This document shows positions 1-7,793 of a stretch of DNA of 10,181 bases, one piece after another (the first letter of the stretch is position 1; every line of letters begins with the position of its first letter). Source of the stretch: Archangium sp. GTDB taxonomy: Bacteria; Myxococcota; Myxococcia; Myxococcales; Myxococcaceae. A program made the position numbers and the translations under genes. A model generated the notes under the pieces. The model had not been told where the DNA came from, did not search any database, and saw only the letters and a program-made list of their open reading frames with translations. The stretch is from NCBI GenBank assembly GCA_031367385.1, contig JANLPS010000406.1, positions 1-10,181 of the forward strand, written 5' to 3'.

Positions 1-182
1 CCGTTTGGGGTCTCGAAGGTCACGACGCCAGTCTCTGGAGCGCCCTGCACCATGCTGATGGGTGAGCCTTCACACCGAGGGCATGTGTCGCTCGCGCGTG
101 GGCGATACCGCAGCTGACAGCGTGAGCAACGCACCCAGCGCTGTTCAACGGCTCCGATACCCATCGTTGCGGCTTGATCCAC
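1..182 (-). CDS. Partial CDS (5' end only; runs off the left edge), N-terminal zinc-ribbon-like protein
   Basis: Not in the ORF track because it has no stop inside the window. From GTG at 182 (alternative ATG at 164) my translation is (M)DQAATMGIGAVEQRWVRCSRCQLRYRPRASDTCPRCEGSPISMVQGAPETGVVTFETPN..., with a CxxC-x12-CxxC pattern. AAGGGA lies just upstream of the GTG. Divergent from the ArsR gene. Confidence 0.6.
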   Translation of the reverse strand, partial: MDQAATMGIGAVEQRWVRCSRCQLRYRPRASDTCPRCEGSPISMVQGAPETGVVTFETPN

Positions 183-425
183 GAGGTGTCCCTTGCTGCG
201 TCGACGCTTGATTGCGCCCGCGGTTGGGAGGCATTGCGAAGTTCATTCCCCCGTCGAGCGCCCAGCAATTGCGGAGGCCTGGCCGCTGGTTTCGGCCCGG
301 AGTGAGTGGCCAAAGCTCACCGGGCTGAGCCCCCAAGTCTCAGCAACCCCCTGCGACCCAGCTCTCCAAACGACATCGCGCACGGTCACATCACGTTGAC
401 CCATGGGGCTGGTAAACGGCGCCGC

Positions 426-455
426 TTGACATGTGCATGTGCGTGCATCTATACA
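426..455 (+). promoter_or_regulatory. Sigma70-type promoter of the ArsR-family gene; transcript probably leaderless
   Basis: Perfect TTGACA at 426-431, 18-bp spacer, TATACA at 450-455. The ATG at 462 follows after only 6 nt, with no Shine-Dalgarno. Confidence 0.65.
431..450. promoter_or_regulatory. Putative ArsR operator 1 (ATGTGCA-N6-TGCATCT), between the -35 and -10 boxes
   Basis: Imperfect inverted repeat. Its core GTGCATGTGCGTGCA (433-447) matches GTGCATATGCGTGCA (834-848) at 14 of 15 positions. Confidence 0.65.
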
Positions 456-461
456 CCATGC

Positions 462-815
462 ATGCGTGGCTCTCAGGCGCTCAATCGCGAAAAAGCAGCG
501 AAGGCATGCGTCGAGGTGCTCGACACGACCTTCTTCAAAGCCCTCTGTGAGCCGGCGCGAGTCGCTCTGCTTCGCGAAATCGTTCTCAAGGGGCGCGCTG
601 ACGTGGGCACCATTGCTGCGAGCGCTCCGCAAGACCGTTCGGTGACCGCGAGACACCTGCAGGTGATGGAGCGCGCCGGTCTCTTGAAGTCTTCTTCAGA
701 GGGTCGCAACACGTTCTACGACATCGATGCCCCGGCGATTCTCGCTCGCCTCGATCAAATGACCACGCTCATTCGAGCGGTGTCGGCGATCTGCTGCCCT
801 CCGAACACCCCCTGA
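462..815 (+). CDS. ArsR/SmtB-family winged-helix transcriptional repressor (117 aa)
   Basis: FFKALCEPARVALL...VGTIA...QDRSVTARHLQVMERAGLLKSSSEGRNTFY is the ArsR HTH/wing pattern (FKAL.DP.R..IL; S.HL..L..AGL....+.GR...Y). C-terminal vicinal Cys (ICCPP). Start moved from the ORF-track 306 to ATG 462 based on the promoter and typical family length. Confidence 0.93.
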   Translation: MRGSQALNREKAAKACVEVLDTTFFKALCEPARVALLREIVLKGRADVGTIAASAPQDRSVTARHLQVMERAGLLKSSSEGRNTFYDIDAPAILARLDQMTTLIRAVSAICCPPNTP

Positions 816-831
816 TTTTTTTTACCCAGAT

Positions 832-851
832 ACGTGCATATGCGTGCACAT
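832..851. promoter_or_regulatory. Putative ArsR operator 2 (ACGTGCA-N6-TGCACAT), between the regulator and the hydrolase gene
   Basis: Inverted repeat with 6 of 7 arm positions matching, a near copy of operator 1, preceded by a T8 run at 816-823. Confidence 0.65.
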
Positions 852-872
852 GAACACAGAAAGAAGAGCATC

Positions 873-1928
873 ATGCGTTACAGATGGGTGCAGCGCAGCG
901 TCGGAGCCGTCGTGGGGGTCATCGTCGCGTGGGGCGTGCTCGCATATCGCAGTGGCGCGTGGCTGCCGTCACAAACGAGCGTGATTGCGCCTGGGCAGTT
1001 CACCAATGACGGCTTCTCTGACCAAAAGAAGGTCGCCCATCTCTCAGTGGGCGATGTGGCTTACCTCGATGAAGGGCAGGGGCCGGTCATCGTGCTGTTG
1101 CACGGCTGCCCCTTCAGCGCCTTCGAGTGGCAGGCGGTCTTGCCGCTGCTGCGTCGAGACCACCGGGTCATCGTGCCTGACCTCTTCGGCTTGGGCGATA
1201 CGCCGGTCACGCTCAATGACGATTACCGATTGCCACGCGACGCGCAGATGGTGGCGGAGCTGATGACTTCGCTCGGCATCTCAGCAGCCGACATCGTTGC
1301 CCATGACCACGGCGGAGCGGTACTTCAGCTGTTGATGCAGCACGCACCGCAGCTGATCAATCGCGCGGTCATGAGCAACGTCGAAGCGTATGACGCGTGG
1401 CCGAGTGCGCCTGAGCTGCCGTACCTCAAGGCCATCGTCAGCCCGCTGCTTTCTCCGCTGATGTTTCACTTGCTGCAGTTCGAGGCCGTTCAGCGCGAGG
1501 TCTTCTCGATCGCCGTACACGATGAGGCCACGCTCACCGCCGACGTCTTGCGAGGTTGGGTCTCACCTCACGTCGCAAGCCCCGCGCGGTGGCAGCGGCT
1601 GAGGCGCTTTTTTGCCTGGCAACTCGACCCCGAGCACCAAAAGGTGACCACCGGGGCCGTCGAAGCGATGCGACGGTTTGATCGGCCCGTCTTGTTGGTG
1701 TGGGGCGTCAGAGACAGCAACTTCGGGCTCCCGTTGGCTCAGCGCCTGGCCCGCGACATTCCTGGTGTTCGAGGTATTGAGCAGCTCGAGCGGTCTGCGC
1801 ACATGCCCATGGTCGAAGAGCCCGGCGCCTACGCGAACGCGGTGCTCGAATTTCTCGATCACGGGCGGGTCGAAGACGCGGCACAGGCGAATGCCGATCA
1901 CGCGCGCACCGCTGGAGCCTCACGATGA
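873..1928 (+). CDS. Alpha/beta-fold hydrolase, epoxide hydrolase/haloalkane dehalogenase-like (Asp nucleophile), with an N-terminal membrane anchor or signal
   Basis: Oxyanion motif LLHGCP (HGxP), VPDLFGLGDT (PDLxGxGxS), nucleophile elbow AHDHGG (GHDWGG-like), LVWGVRD, and catalytic His in SAHMPMVEEP. Hydrophobic N-terminal stretch VGAVVGVIVAWGVLAY. ATG 873 follows purine-rich AAGAAGAG; the ORF-track start at 834 falls inside the operator. Confidence 0.92.
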   Translation: MRYRWVQRSVGAVVGVIVAWGVLAYRSGAWLPSQTSVIAPGQFTNDGFSDQKKVAHLSVGDVAYLDEGQGPVIVLLHGCPFSAFEWQAVLPLLRRDHRVIVPDLFGLGDTPVTLNDDYRLPRDAQMVAELMTSLGISAADIVAHDHGGAVLQLLMQHAPQLINRAVMSNVEAYDAWPSAPELPYLKAIVSPLLSPLMFHLLQFEAVQREVFSIAVHDEATLTADVLRGWVSPHVASPARWQRLRRFFAWQLDPEHQKVTTGAVEAMRRFDRPVLLVWGVRDSNFGLPLAQRLARDIPGVRGIEQLERSAHMPMVEEPGAYANAVLEFLDHGRVEDAAQANADHARTAGASR

Positions 1929-2659
1929 ACCTCTCGCTGGTCGAGACCATTGGGGTACCAACGACGTTCGTCACGCTGTGGCTCCTCGAGCGCCGGCGCC
2001 CGGCCCGCGCGTTCGCACCGGTGGCGAATTGGGCAGCCTCCGGCATCGGCTTCTTCGTGCTCACGGCAACGGTAGGCAGCGTGGTCTCGATGCTCTGGAA
2101 AGCCAGCCCGCTGAGCCAACACTCGCTGTTGCACTTGCAGCAGTGGGGCTTCGCGAGCCTGCCGATTGCGTTGGCGGTGCTGACGCTGGCGCACTACTGG
2201 TGGCATCGCGCGGAGCACCATTTTGATTCTCTCTGGGTGCGCACCCATCAGCTTCACCACAGCGTTCTGCGAGTCGACATTGCAGGCGCGTTCTTCGTTC
2301 ACCCTGCCGAGGTCGCTGCCAAGATGACACTGTCATTCTTGGTCTTGGTGGCCGTGCTGGGCGTGGCTCCCGAGGTCGCGGTCGTCGTGACAACCGCCTT
2401 GGCGATGCTCAGCATCTTCGAACATTGGAACGTTCGCACCCCGCGGTGGCTCGGGTACTTGATTCAACGGCCCGAGATGCATTGCCTGCACCACGAGTTT
2501 CAAGTGCACCGCCGCAACTATGGGCTGCCGGTGTGGGACTTGCTGTTCGGTACCTTCGAAAACCCAACCACCGTTGACGTGAAGGTCGGCTACGAGCCAG
2601 CAGCCTCGATGCGAATCGCCGACATGCTGCGCTGGCGCGACGTGAACGCCAAGCCATAG
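1925..2659 (+). CDS. Sterol desaturase / fatty acid hydroxylase superfamily membrane di-iron enzyme
   Basis: His boxes YWWHRAEH, HQLHHS, FEHWN and HCLHH, followed by NYG..VWDLLFGTF, plus several hydrophobic segments. ATGA overlap with the hydrolase stop at 1925-1928 suggests translational coupling. Confidence 0.93.
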   Translation: MNLSLVETIGVPTTFVTLWLLERRRPARAFAPVANWAASGIGFFVLTATVGSVVSMLWKASPLSQHSLLHLQQWGFASLPIALAVLTLAHYWWHRAEHHFDSLWVRTHQLHHSVLRVDIAGAFFVHPAEVAAKMTLSFLVLVAVLGVAPEVAVVVTTALAMLSIFEHWNVRTPRWLGYLIQRPEMHCLHHEFQVHRRNYGLPVWDLLFGTFENPTTVDVKVGYEPAASMRIADMLRWRDVNAKP

Positions 2660-2669
2660 GCCCGCGTCG

Positions 2670-3998
2670 CTACAGCATCGCTGCCAGCGGCGCAGAGGTG
2701 CCGCCGGGCCGCACGACACCGAACGAGTCCATCGGTACGCCGAGCCCGGTCGAGAGCGCGGTCAGAAACGAGTTGACCGTCATGCCGTTGGGCGGCGGCT
2801 CGCCCCAGCCTTCATCGGTCGGCCCCTCGAGGTAGCGCCCTCCCGTTCGCAAGGGGCCCCCCGCGTCGCCGATGACGATGAAGCGCTGGCTCGACCCATT
2901 GTGATGGTCAGGCCCTGAATCGCTGTACAGCACCACGATCGTGTCATCGATCAACCGCCGGCCGTCAGGGCCAGGCGCCTCGAGCTTGCGCAGAAACGCG
3001 GCGACCTGATCGCTGAGCCACTTCCACAGAATGGTTCGCGACGCCATATAGGTCGGGTCGTGGCCTTGATCGGCGATGAAGCCTTGCTCTTCGAAGATGG
3101 TGCCCACGTGGGGGCCGATGAAGCGGGGAAAATGGGAATGGCTGTTGCCGCCGCCGATGCTGCAGCCGACCACGTTGGTCATGCCGCACTGCAAGGCGGT
3201 GACTGCCGCGTCGAGCATCCCAGGCAGCTCCGCCACCACGCCTCGATCGGTGCCGAGCTGGGCCGAGGTCGCGCATGCCCCGGCCGCGCGGCGCTTGTCG
3301 TAGGCGTCGAGCGAGCCCAAATACCCATCGAGCTTGCGGCGCTCTTCACCCGCGAGCTTCGAGCGCAGCGAAGTCACGTCGGTGCGAAGCCGCGTCATCA
3401 CCCGCTTGGTGTCAGCTTCTCCGGCCTGGGCAGCGGCCGACCCGGGAAAGAGGCGCTCGAACAGCACGCTCTCTCTGACCGGGTACGGCACTGGCTGATT
3501 CGGGCCCGAGGCGAAGAGCGATTGGTGCACCAACCGCGTCGGGTCGTTGTCGATGCCGAAGAGCAGGGCAGGCATGGTGCCAGCCGCCGAGAGCTTCGCG
3601 CCGAGCAGTTGATCGATGGTCGCGGCCCTGGGCGCAGCGTCAGCGTCAGCCCCGCCATCACACGGAGTGCACGACAACATGCCGTACCCCGCGCTGTGCT
3701 GCGTGCCCGGCACCGCCAACGAGAGCCCCGAGACGATGAGGGTCTTCGACCTCCACGGGTTGAGCGGCGCGAGCGACGGGTGAAAGCTCCACTCGGTCTC
3801 GCTGGTGCGCGAGGGTCGACCGAGAAAGACATCGGGGAGCCCCGCGCCCAGGCTCAAGAAGACGACCTTCTTGCTGGTCGGCACCGCGCCGTATGCCGTG
3901 CCATGGAGCAGGGCGGCGATGGGCGCCAACACCCGGGCTCCGCTGCCCAAGGCCACCGCGCGCAAAAAGCGCCGTCGCGACTCGTCAATTCGGCTCAC
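2670..3998 (-). CDS. DUF1552-family protein with a twin-arginine-like N-terminus
   Basis: SRRRFLRAVALGSGA leader; LAPLNPW...LIVSGL; TIDQLLG; LFERLF; KLAGEERRKLDGYLGSL; ALQCGMTNV; LIDDTIVVLYSD. GTGA overlap with the upstream gene and GAGGT RBS. This is the usual partner of DUF1592/DUF1588 genes. Confidence 0.88.
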   Translation of the reverse strand: MSRIDESRRRFLRAVALGSGARVLAPIAALLHGTAYGAVPTSKKVVFLSLGAGLPDVFLGRPSRTSETEWSFHPSLAPLNPWRSKTLIVSGLSLAVPGTQHSAGYGMLSCTPCDGGADADAAPRAATIDQLLGAKLSAAGTMPALLFGIDNDPTRLVHQSLFASGPNQPVPYPVRESVLFERLFPGSAAAQAGEADTKRVMTRLRTDVTSLRSKLAGEERRKLDGYLGSLDAYDKRRAAGACATSAQLGTDRGVVAELPGMLDAAVTALQCGMTNVVGCSIGGGNSHSHFPRFIGPHVGTIFEEQGFIADQGHDPTYMASRTILWKWLSDQVAAFLRKLEAPGPDGRRLIDDTIVVLYSDSGPDHHNGSSQRFIVIGDAGGPLRTGGRYLEGPTDEGWGEPPPNGMTVNSFLTALSTGLGVPMDSFGVVRPGGTSAPLAAML

Positions 3999-5644
3999 GG
4001 CGTGACCTCGAGGCGTGGAGTGGTGGCCTGCCAGACAATCAGCTCTTCGATCACCGCGAGGGTGTCTTCATGGCTCGAGCGGTACAAGGCTTTGAGCCGC
4101 GCCAGCTCGCACTGGTCTTCACGCGTCGGTGTTCGGCCGACGTAGAAAGAAAACAGGTTGGTCACGTAGCAGTCGTGCACTGCCGGCGAATCGGCCAGCA
4201 GCTGCATCAGCTCGGTGGGCCCAGTGAAGGGCACCGCCGAGAACCCAGGCCCGTTGAGCACGCCCGCGGTGGTGACCGGAGCGCCGTTGTCGGTGCTCTG
4301 GGGCGCTCCGACGTGGTTGAAGGCTTCGAAGGCCCCGCCGAGGTCGTTCATCAGTACATGGCAGCCGGTGCAGCCGGCGCCGCTCGTCTTCTGCTCGACG
4401 GTCTGGCGGTACGTCAGCCCCGCATGCTCGGGGATCATCGGTATCACCCCGACCGGAATCGATGGCACCGGCATGCACAACAGCCGCTCGCGAATGAACC
4501 GCCCGCGGCGAACCATGTTGTTTCGATCTGGCTCGGAGAATGCTGCCAGCCACGCCGGTTGCGCCAGCACGCCGGGCCGGCCCTTGGCGACGATCACGCC
4601 TGGCATCGGGTTCTCGACCTTCCAGTTGGGCGCAGTCTCTTCAGAGAGTGAAATCTCTTCACTCGTCAACAGCGCCCGCAGCAACCCGGCGCGCGCGTGC
4701 CCGGTGACGTGGCGCTCGACCGCGGCCTCCACGTCGTCGATCATCTTCTGTTGGTTGTACGGGAGCTTGGGGTCCTTCCGAACCTTGAGCACCTTGTCCC
4801 ACTGAAAGTATTCGCGCAGAAAACGCCGCAGCGAGGCCAGGTGCTGTGGCTCTTGCATCAACCGGCGAACCTCGGCCCGCAGCGTGGCCTCGTCGAGCAG
4901 GCCGTCGTGGGTGGCGAGCTCCCACAAGGGGGCATCGGCGGGGGTGCCCCGCAACGTGAACGACAGCAGCCGGCCGCGCTCGATCGAGCTCAGCCCCTTC
5001 GGGCCCCCCAGCTCGGGTCGAAAGATCATCTCAGGCGACATCAACAGCGAGCGGAGCATCAGCTCGATCGCCTTGCCCGGGGTCGCGCCGTCGGCTTGGT
5101 ATGCGTCCATCTCGGCCATTCGCTCGGCCGCTTCGGTGGCAGACGGCGGGCGGCTCCACACGACGGTGCTCACGTTCTGAAATGCCTCAGCCCGGCACGC
5201 CGCAGTCGCCGGGTCGCACGACATTCGGTACCGCGCGGCGCTAGGCCCGGGCGCGATGGCTTCGGCGACGGTGCGAGAGACGGCCAGCAGCTCATCGAGC
5301 TCATACTCATCGACCGAATCGCCGGCGGGGAAGGTCGTGAAGAGGTCTGCCGGGTTGGTGCGCGAGAACGGCGCGACCACCGCGAAGGGCGTGTCTAGAT
5401 ACTGACCGCGCCAGTTGAAGAGTTGGTTGAGGGTGCTCACATAGGCGGGCGAATCGACCCGAAGCACGCGCTGGGGCAGGGCGGGCAGCACGTCGGTGCA
5501 CACCACCGGCACCTCGGGGGCTGGTTCGGCATCTCCCGGGCCGGCTGGCCCTTCACCCACCGCCGAACCCTGCGAAATTGGGGCGAGAATCTGACCCGAG
5601 CAGGCGCACATCGCGGCAAGCAGGGCGAGGTTCAGGGTCCGCAC
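3995..5644 (-). CDS. DUF1592/DUF1588 (DUF1587-1595-1592-1588-1585 architecture) putative lipoprotein with one CxxCH motif
   Basis: Lipobox-like MRTLNLALLAAMCAC; DUF1587-like RVLRVDSPAYVSTLNQLF; LLMSPEMIFRPE; LLSFTLRGTPAD; RPGVLAQPAWL...VRRGRFIRERLLC..P..P; CTGCH..MN.LG.AFEAFN..G; terminal CYVTNLFSFYVGR. Confidence 0.9.
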   Translation of the reverse strand: MRTLNLALLAAMCACSGQILAPISQGSAVGEGPAGPGDAEPAPEVPVVCTDVLPALPQRVLRVDSPAYVSTLNQLFNWRGQYLDTPFAVVAPFSRTNPADLFTTFPAGDSVDEYELDELLAVSRTVAEAIAPGPSAARYRMSCDPATAACRAEAFQNVSTVVWSRPPSATEAAERMAEMDAYQADGATPGKAIELMLRSLLMSPEMIFRPELGGPKGLSSIERGRLLSFTLRGTPADAPLWELATHDGLLDEATLRAEVRRLMQEPQHLASLRRFLREYFQWDKVLKVRKDPKLPYNQQKMIDDVEAAVERHVTGHARAGLLRALLTSEEISLSEETAPNWKVENPMPGVIVAKGRPGVLAQPAWLAAFSEPDRNNMVRRGRFIRERLLCMPVPSIPVGVIPMIPEHAGLTYRQTVEQKTSGAGCTGCHVLMNDLGGAFEAFNHVGAPQSTDNGAPVTTAGVLNGPGFSAVPFTGPTELMQLLADSPAVHDCYVTNLFSFYVGRTPTREDQCELARLKALYRSSHEDTLAVIEELIVWQATTPRLEVTP

Positions 5645-5734
5645 TCAGGCACTTACCTTGAGCGCGACGCACCCTTCCCGCGCGCCAGCATTCTTCAGGG
5701 TCGGCAGGAGCTGATTTGGTACGGTGAGCCGAAC

Positions 5735-6112
5735 ATGAGCAAGGCCATCGAGCAGATAGTCGTGGGGTTTCACACTGCGGTCGACCGAGGCCTGCCGTGT
5801 GAGAGCTTGCCGAAGCCGCTGAAGGCCCAGTTCATCAAGTGGGTTGGCACCAACTACCCCGAGGTGGCTGAAAATGCCGACGTCGACGACCTCGAGGGGT
5901 ACCTCATCGATGAGCACGAGGGCGTTGGCCCGATCGTCGACTTCTTCAAGACGCTGCCTGCGAAGAACCTGCCGGCCATCTTCAAAGATTTTCGAAAGCG
6001 CATCGATGCGTACTATTCGAACTCGACGCTCGACCCTGAAGACGAGCTCGAGAAAGCGGCCATCGACACGCGCAAGCGAATCGACGCGTTCTTGAGGAAG
6101 CAGGCGGGTTGA
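5735..6112 (+). CDS. Hypothetical protein (125 aa, charged, probably helical and cytoplasmic)
   Basis: Strong G/C third-position codon bias and protein-like composition from ATG 5735 (MSKAIEQIVVGFH...). The ORF-track extension to 5423 overlaps the DUF1592 gene antisense. A TG-n-TACGGT extended -10-like motif lies at 5717-5725. Confidence 0.75.
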   Translation: MSKAIEQIVVGFHTAVDRGLPCESLPKPLKAQFIKWVGTNYPEVAENADVDDLEGYLIDEHEGVGPIVDFFKTLPAKNLPAIFKDFRKRIDAYYSNSTLDPEDELEKAAIDTRKRIDAFLRKQAG

Positions 6113-6114
6113 TT

Positions 6115-6585
6115 TCAGTACTCGCAGACGACGTGCGCATCGGCCTGGGCGAGCTCGGCGCGCCGCTTGTACCGCGCGACCCAAATCATGACCGCCGGCC
6201 CGACCAGACACCCGAGCGCGCCGACCTTCGGGAGATGAATCGCCTCGGCCAGCCCGCTCACCAGGCCGCACACCAAAAACCCGGCGAGAAAGCCGAGGGC
6301 CAGCCCCGAAAACGAAACCGGGCCTGCGCGTCGATGACCACACTTGGGGCACTTCGAGAGCCTGATCAGGCGCTCACCCTCGGCTGAGGCATTCGAAAAT
6401 GCGTCGATGCCCGCGCGCTCCTTCGCGGAGTCGCGCCCGACGCCATAGACCGCACTGCCGGTGCCCCGGCCACCGACCTGCACGCGCGCCTTCCACGTGA
6501 AGTTGCACTTGGGGCAGCTGACCTTCTCCGACCAGTCGAGCGCTGACTCTCGCTGGTACACGACATCGACTCTTGGAATGGGCAC
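6115..6585 (-). CDS. Hypothetical membrane protein with a split zinc ribbon (two CPKC motifs) and two C-terminal transmembrane segments
   Basis: SCPKC...KCPKC about 50 aa apart; hydrophobic LALGFLAGFLVCGLVSGLA and VGALGCLVGPAVMIWVA followed by basic RYKRR. Its stop lies 2 bp from the stop of the convergent gene. A TAAGCT -10-like hexamer is 10 nt before the GTG. Confidence 0.75.
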   Translation of the reverse strand: MPIPRVDVVYQRESALDWSEKVSCPKCNFTWKARVQVGGRGTGSAVYGVGRDSAKERAGIDAFSNASAEGERLIRLSKCPKCGHRRAGPVSFSGLALGFLAGFLVCGLVSGLAEAIHLPKVGALGCLVGPAVMIWVARYKRRAELAQADAHVVCEY

Positions 6586-6641
6586 GGGTGCTGTGAGCTT
6601 ACGCTGACCGGGCCCGCCGCCGAAGCGCTCTCAGCAGCTGC

Positions 6642-6749
6642 GCGAAGCGCTTCGGTGCGACGAACGTCGTCATCAATAGAGACGGCGCCGCCTTCGGGGC
6701 CGACAAGAAGGCCTTCGACTTTGCGCTCGACACGATTGTCTCAGGCTGA
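6642..6749 (+). pseudogene. Internal remnant resembling a Zn-dependent NAD(P) alcohol dehydrogenase (cinnamyl-ADH/YahK-like Rossmann segment)
   Basis: My translation is AKRFGATNVVINRDGAAFGADKKAFDFALDTIVSG*, which fits the MDR-family pattern A++LGA..VV.........  ..FDF.LDT(I/V). No start codon and none of the rest of the gene is present. Confidence 0.55.
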
Positions 6750-6792
6750 TCTGACATGCGAGGTCAGGTGCCAGAATTCAAGTGAATGCTCG

Positions 6793-6824
6793 AAGGCCCC
6801 CGAGGTGTGACCCTCGGAGGCCCT
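6793..6824 (-). terminator. Stem-loop terminator of the 6841-7605 gene
   Basis: The minus strand reads AGGGCCTCCGAGG-GTCACA-CCTCGGGGGCCTT, a 13-bp stem whose two non-Watson-Crick pairs are G.U only on the minus strand. It starts 16 nt after the stop; the U-tract is weak. Confidence 0.75.
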
Positions 6825-6840
6825 TTCACACACTGTGTTT

Positions 6841-7605
6841 TCAGCCCGCGACCTTGGTCGGGTCAGCTGGAGGCCCCGACTCGCTGACCGTGCCAGCACT
6901 CGTCGTCGAATTGACGGGCTGCGGAGCAGGGGCGGGGGTCGGCGTTGAAGTCACCACGGGGACCTCGGCGGGGGTGCCCGCCTCGACCGGAGGCGGCTCT
7001 ACCGGTTCGTCGACCTTCAACTTGTTCGGCGCTTTTCGCCGCCTCGGTATGTCGAGGCCATTCGCGGTCTGGAGCGCACGGCCTTCTCGGACACGCTCCG
7101 TCAGAACGAGGTAGACGTCGGACCATTTGGCATTGCTGGCTTCCGCCTTCGCGGTCGCCCTGGCCTCTGCTTTCTCCGTGCTTCGGTACTCTTTGACCAG
7201 CGAGCTGCCGAAGGCCGCCAACGCCTTTGAGGCCGGGTCGTGCATCGCCTCCAACGCCGGTACGACCAGCCGCTCCGCGACGTCGATGCCTTCGCCGTCG
7301 GTATCAACGGAGGTCAACGCGGGGTTGACTCGGATTGAGCCATAGCCAACAGCCATGTCATTGAAGGTGTCGATGTCTTGGGCCGCCTTCTTCGACGCAG
7401 CAATGCAGTCAGTCTCGACTGCTTTATCGGCTGCTGCGACGGCCCCGACCACGATCAGCTGGTCGCGGAGAGAAGTCACATTCGCCGCGGCGACACTGGC
7501 GACCTCATTGCCGTGCATTCGCTGCAGACCGACAATGGTTTCAGCTGCGGTCTCCAGCGCATCGGTGTCTCGCTTCTGGGTATACGTCTGTTGCTCTTCA
7601 TTCAT
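6841..7605 (-). CDS. Hypothetical protein (254 aa): Ala-rich, probably helical core, basic RRRKAPNKLK patch, Pro/Thr-rich disordered tail
   Basis: AGGAG RBS 7 nt before ATG 7605 (MNEEQQTYTQK...), a promoter-like motif upstream and a terminator downstream. The ORF-track extension to 7806 is Arg/Ser-rich and not protein-like. No family recognised. Confidence 0.8.
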   Translation of the reverse strand: MNEEQQTYTQKRDTDALETAAETIVGLQRMHGNEVASVAAANVTSLRDQLIVVGAVAAADKAVETDCIAASKKAAQDIDTFNDMAVGYGSIRVNPALTSVDTDGEGIDVAERLVVPALEAMHDPASKALAAFGSSLVKEYRSTEKAEARATAKAEASNAKWSDVYLVLTERVREGRALQTANGLDIPRRRKAPNKLKVDEPVEPPPVEAGTPAEVPVVTSTPTPAPAPQPVNSTTSAGTVSESGPPADPTKVAG

Positions 7606-7657
7606 TTGCTTGCTCCTGGTAGCGCCAGCACGAGATGTGTTGGCGGACCGGGGCTTG

Positions 7658-7673
7658 TTCAAGAGTGGTGCCA
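7658..7673 (-). promoter_or_regulatory. Putative sigma54 (-24/-12) promoter for the 254-aa gene
   Basis: The minus strand reads TGGCAC-CACTC-TTGAA against the consensus TGGCAC-N5-TTGC(A/T): perfect -24 box, exact spacing, but GA instead of GC at -12. Predicted +1 is near 7647. Confidence 0.5.
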
Positions 7674-7793
7674 GGCTGAATTCGAATTCTTTCAGGCGTT
7701 TCGCGAATGAGCACCGTCCGCGGCGGGAGACTGACCGTCTGTTTTCGAGAGTCGCGCGTGGTGATCGTCTGATTTCGGTGGCTCGAAGCGCGC

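Noticed and set aside
302..344. Small inverted repeats GTGAG/CTCAC and GCTGAG/CTCAGC in the divergent intergenic region
   Set aside because: Arms of 5-6 bp are expected by chance at this GC content.
3060..6352. Long alternative-frame ORFs (3060-4145 +, 3893-4651 +, 4697-5398 +, 5645-6352 -)
   Set aside because: Antisense shadows of well-supported genes, as expected in high-GC DNA, with no recognisable motifs.
6757..6773. Second sigma54-like motif on the minus strand (TGGCACCTGACCTCGCA)
   Set aside because: The GC is one base off the strict -24/-12 spacing and TTGC is absent.
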